Below are positions 14,266-22,722 of a stretch of 24,000 nucleotides of DNA, one piece after another. Source of the stretch: Zhaonella formicivorans (GTDB lineage Bacteria; Bacillota; DUOV01; Zhaonellaceae); NCBI RefSeq assembly GCF_004353525.1, contig NZ_CP085524.1:1188142-1212141 (forward strand), written 5' to 3'. A program made the position numbers and the translations under genes. The notes under the pieces are model-generated. The model had not been told where the DNA came from and searched no databases. It worked only from the letters and a program-made list of their open reading frames with translations. The first letter of the stretch is position 1, and every line of letters begins with the position of its first letter.

Positions 14266-15147
14266 TTAAAAACTCCTCTCTTTAGCAATTACTTCTTGTA
14301 AAAAAGCTATATAATGCTCATACCGCCTGGGGTCAATTAAACCTTTATCCAATGCCGCCCTGACGGCGCACTGAGGTTCGCTGTGATGCAAACATGTATT
14401 AAACTTACACATATTCCGGAAGCAGGCAAAGTCAGGAAAATAAAAAGCAAGTTCTTCCCGTTTTAATTCCGGCAAGTACAGGCGGCTAAAGCCCGGTGCA
14501 TCAGCAACAAAGCCGCCGTTTTCCATGGGCATAAGCGCCACATGCCGGGTGGTATGTTTACCGCGCCGGCTCTTCTCCCCTACTTCGCCCGTCTTTAATT
14601 GCAGTCCAGGCTGTACGGCATTTAGCAAGCTCGATTTGCCAGCCCCGGAAGGCCCTGCAAATACAGTAACTTCCCCCTGCAATTCCTGCTTTAATTCTAT
14701 AATGCCTATTCCCTTTTTAGCGCTGGTTAAAATAACTTTATAACCTAACCCGGTATACAGGTTGTTTAAATCTGCTACAACTTCCTCCGGAGCCAGATCC
14801 AGTTTGTTAAAGCTAATTACCGGGCGAATCCCTGCTTCTTGAGCTAAAATTAAAAGCCTGTCCAATAAAACCAAATCCGGGTCAGGGCTCTGTAAAGCCA
14901 TCACAATTACAACCTGGGTGACGTTGGCTACGGGTGGGCGCACAAGTTCAGTCTGCCTGGGCAGCACTTCTTCAATTACTCCTTTATTTTGCCCTTCAAC
15001 CAGTAAAATTTTTACTCTGTCTCCGGGCAAAAAATCCTGCATTTTTAGACGGTAACGACCCCGTAGGGAACATTCGTAAGTGACGTCCTCAGCCCAAACA
15101 TAATAAAAACCGCTGTAACCCCGTAAAATTATGCCTTCAAGCAGCAA
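14266..15147 (-). CDS. rsgA: Ribosome small-subunit-dependent GTPase A (RsgA/YloQ/CpgA)
   Basis: The N-terminal OB fold begins GYSGFYYV. The GTPase domain is circularly permuted (NKLDL ... GPSGAGKSSLLN). The C-terminal zinc motif is CKFNTCLHHSEPQCAV. The start is TTG, with an AGGGGGA RBS. Confidence 0.92.
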   Translation of the reverse strand: MLLEGIILRGYSGFYYVWAEDVTYECSLRGRYRLKMQDFLPGDRVKILLVEGQNKGVIEEVLPRQTELVRPPVANVTQVVIVMALQSPDPDLVLLDRLLILAQEAGIRPVISFNKLDLAPEEVVADLNNLYTGLGYKVILTSAKKGIGIIELKQELQGEVTVFAGPSGAGKSSLLNAVQPGLQLKTGEVGEKSRRGKHTTRHVALMPMENGGFVADAPGFSRLYLPELKREELAFYFPDFACFRNMCKFNTCLHHSEPQCAVRAALDKGLIDPRRYEHYIAFLQEVIAKERSF

Positions 15148-15165
15148 ACCTTCATCCCCCTTGCT

Positions 15166-16998
15166 CTATGGCACTGCTTCTCTATGAATTTCTTTATCGT
15201 CTTGTAAAACTTTAAGAATCCCCTTACCGTAAAATTCTATCGGGACGATGACAAAATCACCGGGATTATGCCAGGCGTTATATTCTTCGTGGGTACCTGT
15301 CACATCGGAAACTATCACCTGGATATGATGCTCTTTGCCATCATCAGCTACAAGTATCTCCACATTGCGCGTTTCCGGAGCTAAGCCCGGGCCTTTGCTC
15401 ACTTTTACATCAACTTTCTGCCCCTGCAAAATATTTTGTCCTTCCGGAACGCTTTGCCACATAACCTGGCCACTGAAAAATTCGTAGCTGATCTCGTTGG
15501 TAACATTCCCTAATTCCAAGCGGTTTTCTTCCAGTATCCGGCGGGCATCCTCCAGCCTTTCACCCACTAGTTTAGGCATAGGTATATTTTTCGGCTCAGG
15601 TCCAAGGCTGACTGTCAAGGTAACTTCCGTGCCCAAAGGTTTTTTAACCTCAGGTTCAGGGTTTTGCGCCACCACGCGTCCAGCCTCAATTTCCTCATCA
15701 TAAACTTCCTCCACCTGCTCAGCCACGTTAAACCCGGCGTTCGTAAGTGTAATCCGGGCCGTTCTTTCGGGCTCGCCCAGCACACCCGGTACGGGCTTTA
15801 ATTCCGGCCCCAGGCTAAGAACTAAAATTACAGGCCGTGTTCTTTTAACCGGTTTACCTGCTTCGGGGGACTGTTTGACCACGTAACCTGCAGGCAAGCT
15901 GGGATGATAGACCTTCTCCTCGACTTGGTATTTCAGCTTAGCTTGACTTAGGATCGCTTCTGCATCAGCCAGGGATTTCCCCACTACGTTTGGCACTTCC
16001 GACTCCCCTACCTCAAAGAAACGTTCCATGCCCAGCCAAAAACCCGCCAAGGCTACTAGCAGAAAAACGGGCAGCAAAAACCAAAAAACAGGCTTGGGCC
16101 TCTTTTTGCCGGACTTGGACTTTTTCGTGCCTGGGGCATCTTCTATGGCAGGAAGCACTTGGGTAGGCAATTCCCCTGCAAGGGAAAACCTAACTTTCTC
16201 CAGCGCCGCCCTCATTTCCCGTGCAGACTGGTAACGCATTTCCGGCTCTTTGGCCATGGCTTTGAGAACTATGCGTTCCAATGCCGGAGGTATTCCCGTA
16301 ACCAGTTCACTTGGCGGAACAAAATCAGACTGAATATGCTTTAAGGCAATCCCAATGGCTGTATCGCCTTCAAAAGGCAGCCGACCGGTCAAAAGTTCAT
16401 AGAGCACTACTCCAGCGGAGTAAATATCCGCCTGAACGCCGGTAACCTCCCCTTTAGCCTGTTCCGGGGAAATATACTGCACCGAACCAACCATGGTACC
16501 TGTATATGTGACAGTAGCTGAAGATATTGCTTGCGCTATGCCAAAATCAGTGACCTTGACCTTGCCGCCCTTGGTTACCAGGATATTGTGCGGTTTGATA
16601 TCCCTGTGTACTACCTTGTTATCATGGGCATGTTCCAGGGCATCCATAATCTGAATTAAATAATCAATTGCTTCCAACGGCTCCACGGGCGCCCGCTTTT
16701 GAATGATTTCCTTTAAATTTTGCCCTTCCACATATTCCATTACAAGGTAATGAAAATCCTCTTCATGTCCTACATCGTAAATACTGACTATATTGGGATG
16801 GGATAAACTGGCTACCGCCTGGGCTTCACGCCGGAAGCGCTTAATAAAGTCCTCCTCGCTTACAAATTGCTCGCGTAAAACCTTGATGGTAACCGCGCGA
16901 TTTAAGAGTTTATCTTTGCCTTTATACACTACGGCCATTCCGCCCCCGCCGATTTTCTCCGCAATTTCGTAGCGGTTGCCCAGTGTTTTCCCGATCAT
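15166..16998 (-). CDS. prkC: PASTA-domain Ser/Thr protein kinase (PrkC/PknB)
   Basis: The kinase motifs are IGGGGMAVVYKG, VTIKVL, HRDIKPHN, DFG and ISPEQ. A single TM segment follows (FWFLLPVFLLVALAGFWLG). After it come three PASTA-like repeats and a C-terminal beta domain. Confidence 0.93.
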   Translation of the reverse strand: MIGKTLGNRYEIAEKIGGGGMAVVYKGKDKLLNRAVTIKVLREQFVSEEDFIKRFRREAQAVASLSHPNIVSIYDVGHEEDFHYLVMEYVEGQNLKEIIQKRAPVEPLEAIDYLIQIMDALEHAHDNKVVHRDIKPHNILVTKGGKVKVTDFGIAQAISSATVTYTGTMVGSVQYISPEQAKGEVTGVQADIYSAGVVLYELLTGRLPFEGDTAIGIALKHIQSDFVPPSELVTGIPPALERIVLKAMAKEPEMRYQSAREMRAALEKVRFSLAGELPTQVLPAIEDAPGTKKSKSGKKRPKPVFWFLLPVFLLVALAGFWLGMERFFEVGESEVPNVVGKSLADAEAILSQAKLKYQVEEKVYHPSLPAGYVVKQSPEAGKPVKRTRPVILVLSLGPELKPVPGVLGEPERTARITLTNAGFNVAEQVEEVYDEEIEAGRVVAQNPEPEVKKPLGTEVTLTVSLGPEPKNIPMPKLVGERLEDARRILEENRLELGNVTNEISYEFFSGQVMWQSVPEGQNILQGQKVDVKVSKGPGLAPETRNVEILVADDGKEHHIQVIVSDVTGTHEEYNAWHNPGDFVIVPIEFYGKGILKVLQDDKEIHREAVP

Positions 16999-17002
16999 AT
17001 AC

Positions 17003-18397
17003 TCACCTCTTTATTCCCAGTGCTAACTCAAACAAATTGCGCGCAATAGGTGCTGCCTGGTCTCCCCCGGCACCTTCATTTTCCAAAATAATTGCCACAG
17101 CTATTTTAGGATTGTCAGCCGGCGCAAAACCTACAAACCAAGCATGACTTATACCCTGCGGGTTTTGGGCCGAACCGGTTTTCCCCGCCACTTTAATCCC
17201 GGGTATGGTTGCTTTAGTACCCGTACCCCAGTCTACAACCGCCACCATTCCTTCTGCAACCAATTTTGCCTCTTGTGGACCAATTGGTTTGGCCAACACT
17301 TCCGGCTTGCTGCGTTTAACTACTGTTCCGGCTGAAGTTGTAACCCGCTCCAACAGGTACGGCGCCATCATCGTGCCCTGATTGGCAATAGCAGCTGTGA
17401 TCATGGCCATTTGCAGCGGTGTTACCAAAATTTTGCCCTGTCCTATGCCGATTTCGGCCAAAGCATTTGGTGTTAATTCCTCCGGATTGGCCACTTTGCC
17501 CTTTTGCACAGCTAAGTCAAAGGGGATATCCCGGTTAAAGTAGAAGTCCTGAAAAATTCGGTAAAGGTCTTTTGCCCCTAATTCCAATGCCAACCTTGCG
17601 AAGACAACATTGGAGGACAAAGCCAGTCCTTCCAAAAGGCTGACTTGGGGGTTGGTAGCAATGCTGTCGCGAATACGCCTGCCGTTAACTTCAATATAAC
17701 CGGGGTTTTCAAAGATCTTATCCCAATAACCGGCGTCCCTGGCTAAGGCTCCTGCCGCGACCGCTATCTTAATAGCCGACCCCGGCGGGTAGCGCCCCTG
17801 CACGGCCCTGTTCAACAGCGGGCTGTTTTCATCCTGCGTTAAACCGGGCCACAATTCATTCAGCCTGTTAGGATCAAAGCCGGGCGAACTGGCTAACGCC
17901 AACACCGCACCTGTCTGCGGTTCTAAAGCCACCACTGCTCCCCTTCTTCCCCGGAGCAGCCTGAAAGCCTCCTTCTGTAATCCAGTCTCAATAGTCAGGT
18001 AAATATCATACCCTGCAGCCGGCTTTCCCGCTAATCGGCGGTAAAAGTTTACATATTTTTGGAATCCTGTTATTCCCAACAGGTAATTATCGTATCGGTC
18101 TTCCAACCCGGCTTTGCCATAACGGGGAGAAGAATAGCCGACTAAATGGGAAGCAGCGTCCTTTAACGGGTAACTCCTGTTCCCAGGTATATCCGCTGCT
18201 GTTTTTGCTAGTGTTTCTCCATTGCGGGCAAAAATTCCTCCCCTGACTGTCTGTTCTTCCACTTTCCAAACTCTCCGGTTTTTGGAATGGGTTGCCAGCA
18301 TCTCACCTTGAACCTGGACGATATAAGTTAAATAAACCATTAAGAGGACAAAGCTTAAGAGAAAGAACATAGCTACCTTCCTGATCTGTTGTCTCAC
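17003..18397 (-). CDS. Class B penicillin-binding protein / peptidoglycan D,D-transpeptidase (PbpA-like, 464 aa)
   Basis: The protein has an N-terminal membrane anchor. The transpeptidase motifs are SAIK (SxxK), SSN (SxN) and KTGS (KTG). The GTG start overlaps the upstream TGA stop (GTGA). Confidence 0.9.
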   Translation of the reverse strand: MRQQIRKVAMFFLLSFVLLMVYLTYIVQVQGEMLATHSKNRRVWKVEEQTVRGGIFARNGETLAKTAADIPGNRSYPLKDAASHLVGYSSPRYGKAGLEDRYDNYLLGITGFQKYVNFYRRLAGKPAAGYDIYLTIETGLQKEAFRLLRGRRGAVVALEPQTGAVLALASSPGFDPNRLNELWPGLTQDENSPLLNRAVQGRYPPGSAIKIAVAAGALARDAGYWDKIFENPGYIEVNGRRIRDSIATNPQVSLLEGLALSSNVVFARLALELGAKDLYRIFQDFYFNRDIPFDLAVQKGKVANPEELTPNALAEIGIGQGKILVTPLQMAMITAAIANQGTMMAPYLLERVTTSAGTVVKRSKPEVLAKPIGPQEAKLVAEGMVAVVDWGTGTKATIPGIKVAGKTGSAQNPQGISHAWFVGFAPADNPKIAVAIILENEGAGGDQAAPIARNLFELALGIKR

Positions 18398-19662
18398 CTC
18401 TCGGCCCCCTTATGGCCAGATGCCCCAACATTCATCACCAATCCCAATAAAATAAAACTGATCAGCAGGGAGCTTCCGCCATAACTGGCAAAAGGCAGCG
18501 TAACCCCTGTTAAAGGCAGCAGTTTCATTACACCGCTTAAGATTACAAAGCTCTGCAAGGCAAGCAGGGCAGTCAACCCAGTAGCCAAAAGCATCCCAAA
18601 GTCGTCTTTAGCCAGCAGTGCGGCGCGAAAACCACGGTAACTGAGCAGCATATATATAGTTATAATCCCAATTCCCCCTACCATGCCCAGTTCTTCAGTC
18701 AGAACAGCAAAAATTAAATCGGTTGCTGCAGCTGGGATAACCTGGGGCTGACCCAGTCCGAATCCGGTCCCGAAAAAGCCGCCGCTAGCTAACGCAAAGA
18801 GGGATTGGGTGATCTGATACCCCGCCGTATCGATTTTTGACCAGGGATTTAACCAAACCGAAACCCTCAAGCGAAAATGACCAAAGAGAATATAAGCAGC
18901 TATAGCTCCCAAGGCGAAAAACACCAGCCCACTGAGCAAAAAGGAAAATCTGCCGGTGCTGGTATATAACATAATTAGAAAAATACCGAAAAAGATTAAC
19001 GCTGCACCCAAGTCTTTTTGCAACACTAAAAGCCCTAAGGATATAACCGCCATTAAAACCAGCGGTGCCATGGAACGGGGCTCCGGCAAAGCAACAAAGC
19101 CATAGCTTTTCCTTGCTGTCAGAATCTCCTTTGTTTCCTGCAGGTAGCCGGCTAAAAAAAAGATTACCAAGAGCTTTACTACTTCGGCCGGCTGAAAGCG
19201 CAAAAACCCAAAATCCAACCATGCCCTGGCACCGCCTACTGTGGTACCAAGTAGCACTGTGATTCCTAAAAAGATAATAGCCAGCACCATAAACACGTAT
19301 TTATAATCTTCTAAAACACGGTAATCCTTGAAGAAACAAACAACCATCCCCAGCATGGCTAAACCAAGCATCAGCCATAACCACTGCCGCGCCGCGAGCA
19401 TAGGATCAACCCGGTATATACCAAGCAAACCCAAAACCGTAAGCATTGCTGCCAGGGGTAAGAGCAGTTGATCTGCGTCAGAGTTAAACCAAATCAGCAA
19501 AATGTGCAGTAAAAATAGCAGTAGGATAAGTCCCCCTGCGGCGTAAATAATTCCTTGACCCGCCTCCGGGGTAGTCAAGTAAAAAAAGAGCGCCCCACAG
19601 CCTACCACCAAAGCCACAAAAAACAGCAGCATGGCTTCTTGCCGGCGACTAAAGATTTTCAT
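18394..19662 (-). CDS. SEDS-family peptidoglycan glycosyltransferase (FtsW/RodA/SpoVE)
   Basis: This is a 422-aa polytopic membrane protein with typical SEDS blocks: QPAEVVKL, KDLGAALIF, TDLIFAVLTEELG and LPFASYGGSSL. Confidence 0.9.
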   Translation of the reverse strand: MKIFSRRQEAMLLFFVALVVGCGALFFYLTTPEAGQGIIYAAGGLILLLFLLHILLIWFNSDADQLLLPLAAMLTVLGLLGIYRVDPMLAARQWLWLMLGLAMLGMVVCFFKDYRVLEDYKYVFMVLAIIFLGITVLLGTTVGGARAWLDFGFLRFQPAEVVKLLVIFFLAGYLQETKEILTARKSYGFVALPEPRSMAPLVLMAVISLGLLVLQKDLGAALIFFGIFLIMLYTSTGRFSFLLSGLVFFALGAIAAYILFGHFRLRVSVWLNPWSKIDTAGYQITQSLFALASGGFFGTGFGLGQPQVIPAAATDLIFAVLTEELGMVGGIGIITIYMLLSYRGFRAALLAKDDFGMLLATGLTALLALQSFVILSGVMKLLPLTGVTLPFASYGGSSLLISFILLGLVMNVGASGHKGAER

Positions 19663-19675
19663 CTTGCATCACCTT

Positions 19676-20383
19676 TTATGGATACTGAACTAAAATCACT
19701 GTAAGGTTATCGCCTGCCCCCCGGCTGTATGCCAGATCGACCATACAATTGACAGCTTCCTCCAATGTGCTTTCCCGCAAAATAATTTCCAAGAGTTCCT
19801 CTCCCGGTATAAGGTTGAAAAGGCCATCAGTGCACAGGAGTAAGTGATCCCCTGGCTCCAAATTTACTTCGATTAAATCAATGTCTACCTCGGAATCTGC
19901 TCCTACGGCACGCATCAGCACATTGCGCCGGGGGTGGTGCTGCGCCTCTTCTTCCGTCAAACCGCCATTGCGTAGGAGTTCGCCAACATAAGAATGATCG
20001 CAGGTGAGCAAATTTATAGACCCTTTTCTGATTAAATAAGCCCGGCTGTCACCTACGTGGGCTAAATACAATTTGCTGCCCACAATCCAAGCCGAAGTCA
20101 GAGTAGTTCCCATGCCTTGGCGGGAAAGATCATCCTGGGAGTCAGAATAAATCCGCGCATTGGCGTGAGTCACTGCCTCCTTTAGGGCTGAAAGATGATC
20201 TGTTCCCGCTCCGTCCAAGTAATCGGCAATTACTTTGATAGCCATTTGGCTGGCCACTTCCCCCGCTAAGTGCCCTCCCATTCCATCGGCTACAATATAC
20301 AGTCCTTTAGCCGGATCACAGAGAAAAAAATCCTCATTGCTTTTTCGTACTAAACCTGCCTCACTACGTGCTGCCGCTCTCAT
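19676..20383 (-). CDS. prpC: PP2C-family Ser/Thr phosphatase (PrpC/Stp/PstP-like)
   Basis: The PP2C motifs are RKSNEDFF, VADGMGGH, CTDGLFN and GAGDNLTV. The ATG overlaps the end of the upstream FHA gene by 20 nt. Confidence 0.9.
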   Translation of the reverse strand: MRAAARSEAGLVRKSNEDFFLCDPAKGLYIVADGMGGHLAGEVASQMAIKVIADYLDGAGTDHLSALKEAVTHANARIYSDSQDDLSRQGMGTTLTSAWIVGSKLYLAHVGDSRAYLIRKGSINLLTCDHSYVGELLRNGGLTEEEAQHHPRRNVLMRAVGADSEVDIDLIEVNLEPGDHLLLCTDGLFNLIPGEELLEIILRESTLEEAVNCMVDLAYSRGAGDNLTVILVQYP

Positions 20384-20819
20384 TCTCCCACCCCATTACT
20401 TCAAAAGTCACATCCCCCAGGCGCAATAAATCGCCGGGTTGTAAACGCTTGTTGCCTTTAATTCGCTTGCCGTTTAAAAATGTTCCGTTGGTACTGCCCA
20501 AATCCTGCAGGACCAAGAAACCATTTTCTTGACGAAGCGCAGCATGCCGAGCGGAAATATGTGGATCCCCGATGGCAATATCACTATCGGCATACCGGCC
20601 TAACACCACCTGATCTCCTAAAGGAAAAATGTCCCCTGGTTGCAAATTTGACGATTCTCCCGACTCACGGACTACAAGTTTGTAGCTGTTAGACATATTC
20701 CGTCCGGCCAATTTGATCCTGGATAAATCTTCAACCACAGCCCGAAAAACAGCAAAGATAAAAAGATAGAGAAGCACGAGGAAAGCATAGCGCAGCAATG
20801 CCAGTATTAATTCCACCAA
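20364..20819 (-). CDS. Membrane-anchored FHA-domain protein (FhaB/FipA-like)
   Basis: The protein has an N-terminal TM helix (ILALLRYAFLVLLYLFIFAVF). Its C-terminal FHA domain reads LGR..DSDIAI.D..ISARHA...........LQDLGSTNGTFLNG. The start is set at TTG 20819, with GAGGAGGGG 7 nt upstream (GTG 20816 is also possible). The track start at 20864 would overlap the upstream gene by 41 nt. Confidence 0.8.
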   Translation of the reverse strand: MVELILALLRYAFLVLLYLFIFAVFRAVVEDLSRIKLAGRNMSNSYKLVVRESGESSNLQPGDIFPLGDQVVLGRYADSDIAIGDPHISARHAALRQENGFLVLQDLGSTNGTFLNGKRIKGNKRLQPGDLLRLGDVTFEVMGWENESGST

Positions 20820-20823
20820 ATGC

Positions 20824-21582
20824 TTACCCCTCCTCAAACTGCAATTCGGTCCGGCCCACAACAATCTTGTCCCCGGGATGAAGCCGTCCTTTATTTATCC
20901 TGCGACCGTTAAGAAAAGTGCCGTTGGTGCTGCCTAAATCATTCAAGAAATAACAGCCGCCCGCATATTCAATTTGGGCATGAATTCTGGAAATATTGCT
21001 GTCATTAAGCACAATATCATTTTCTTGATTCCTACCCAGGATATACTTTCCTTTTTCCAGCCTAAAACATTTGCCCTCGTCGGGACCACGGATAACCCTG
21101 AGGAGCCACCCCCCTTTAACAACAGTTCTGGCCAGTAACTCCTGTTTATTAAAAGTTAAAGTATCCTCAATTTGCTCTTGCAGCTTTTCCTGTTCCGCTT
21201 TTTCCTCCTTTGGCGGTTCTACAAATTGCTGTTTGATCTGGATCGTACCTTGAGGAATGCTTGAATCTACCCGGAACCGGACCTGTGGTTTACCCAACAA
21301 AGTAAGGTTCCGCTCTCTGGCCTTGGCAACAAGAACTTCCCCCACTTCCGCGCTAAAAGCTTCTTGAATGGCTGCAAACTGATTCCAATCATCTTGGCTC
21401 AAAGCAATTTCATAAAAATTAGGCACGTAAATTTTATTGATACTGGCCTTTTGATTTTTAAGCATTGCCTTCACAGCCTTCCGGGCAACTTCCTGGGGCT
21501 GCAGCGGGCCTTTAAATCGTCGGCCAAACCATCCTTCAACCCATTGCTCCAAAAAATCCTCAACAACTCTTAAAAAAGACAT
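20824..21582 (-). CDS. FhaA-like protein: DUF3662-type N-terminal domain + C-terminal FHA domain
   Basis: The N-terminus FLEQWVEGWFGRRFKGPLQPQEVARKAVKAM resembles the FhaA N-terminal (DUF3662) domain. An acidic/Lys linker follows. The C-terminal FHA domain reads LGRNQENDIVLNDSNISRIHAQIEY..GCYFLNDLGSTNGTFLNGRRI. The ATG lies 1 nt after the rlmN stop. Confidence 0.8.
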   Translation of the reverse strand: MSFLRVVEDFLEQWVEGWFGRRFKGPLQPQEVARKAVKAMLKNQKASINKIYVPNFYEIALSQDDWNQFAAIQEAFSAEVGEVLVAKARERNLTLLGKPQVRFRVDSSIPQGTIQIKQQFVEPPKEEKAEQEKLQEQIEDTLTFNKQELLARTVVKGGWLLRVIRGPDEGKCFRLEKGKYILGRNQENDIVLNDSNISRIHAQIEYAGGCYFLNDLGSTNGTFLNGRRINKGRLHPGDKIVVGRTELQFEEG

Positions 21583-21583
21583 T

Positions 21584-22645
21584 TTACTTTACCCCTCTAC
21601 GCCGTAGCTGCCCACAGGCCGCCTCGATATCGCCGCCTTTTTCTTCTCTGATGGCAGCTTCTATCCCGGCATCTTCCAATTCTTTTGCAAAGGTTTTAAT
21701 CCTGCTCTCGCCAGAACGCACTAAACCGGTCTCCGCAACACTGTTTAAAGGAATCAAATTGACATTGGCAAGCATCCCTTTTAACAGTTTTGCTAATGCC
21801 CTGGCATGAGCGCGGCTATCGTTTTTCCCGGCAATTAAAGCGTATTCAAAAGTAATCCTTCGCCCGGTAAGTTCAATGTAATAAGCACATGCTTCCATAA
21901 GTTCTTGCAGTGGGTATTTCTTATTGATTGGGAGCAATTCATTGCGCAACTCATCGGTAGGAGCATGCAAAGAAACAGCCAGCACAATGGGCAATCTTTC
22001 TTGAGCCAGTTTTTTGATTTGCGGGACCACACCGCAGGTGGAAAGGGTGATACGGCGCAAGCCAATATTTAAACCCGCTGGCTCGTTCAGAATTCGAATC
22101 GCTTTAAGCACATTTTCATAATTGAGAAGAGGTTCCCCCATGCCCATAAAAACTACATTGGTAACTTTGGCCTCAGGCAAATTTACCCGTAAATCCCTTT
22201 GCACGGTTAAAACCTGACCCACTATTTCCCCTGTAGTCAAATTCCTCTTCCAACCGGACAAACCAGTAGCGCAAAAAACACATCCCATAGCACAACCTAC
22301 TTGCGAAGAAACACAGACCGTATGGCGGTCACGGCTTTCTCGCCCGGTATAAGACATGCGGACCGTTTCAACTGTTTCTCCATCAGGCAAGCTTAACAAA
22401 AATTTGACTGTATCATCCTGCTGTGATACCAACTTGCGTTGAATTTTCAAGGAAGTTATGGCGACTGCCTGGGATAATTTTTGCCTCAATCCTTTAGAAA
22501 GATTGCTCATCTGGACAAAATCAGTTGCCCCTTTTTGGTACACCCATTGAAACAATTGTTTAGCCCTGAACTTTTGCTCACCCAAGTCTTCGAAGAGAAG
22601 ACAATATTCCTCCATACTCATTCCTTGAAGATCAATCTGGACCAT
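21584..22645 (-). CDS. rlmN: 23S rRNA/tRNA adenine-C2 methyltransferase RlmN (radical SAM)
   Basis: The sequence shows FRAKQLFQWVY, the radical-SAM motif CAMGCVFC (CxxxCxxC), GMGEPLLN and the C-terminal ACGQL. The start is moved to ATG 22645 (MVQIDLQG), with GGAGG 6 nt upstream. Confidence 0.92.
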   Translation of the reverse strand: MVQIDLQGMSMEEYCLLFEDLGEQKFRAKQLFQWVYQKGATDFVQMSNLSKGLRQKLSQAVAITSLKIQRKLVSQQDDTVKFLLSLPDGETVETVRMSYTGRESRDRHTVCVSSQVGCAMGCVFCATGLSGWKRNLTTGEIVGQVLTVQRDLRVNLPEAKVTNVVFMGMGEPLLNYENVLKAIRILNEPAGLNIGLRRITLSTCGVVPQIKKLAQERLPIVLAVSLHAPTDELRNELLPINKKYPLQELMEACAYYIELTGRRITFEYALIAGKNDSRAHARALAKLLKGMLANVNLIPLNSVAETGLVRSGESRIKTFAKELEDAGIEAAIREEKGGDIEAACGQLRRRGVK

Positions 22646-22722
22646 GCAGCGCCTCCGTTTGCTTTCTATTCTAGTATACAGCAAAAGTCAACCAATATAT
22701 ACCAGACATAGCAGCGTCTAGC

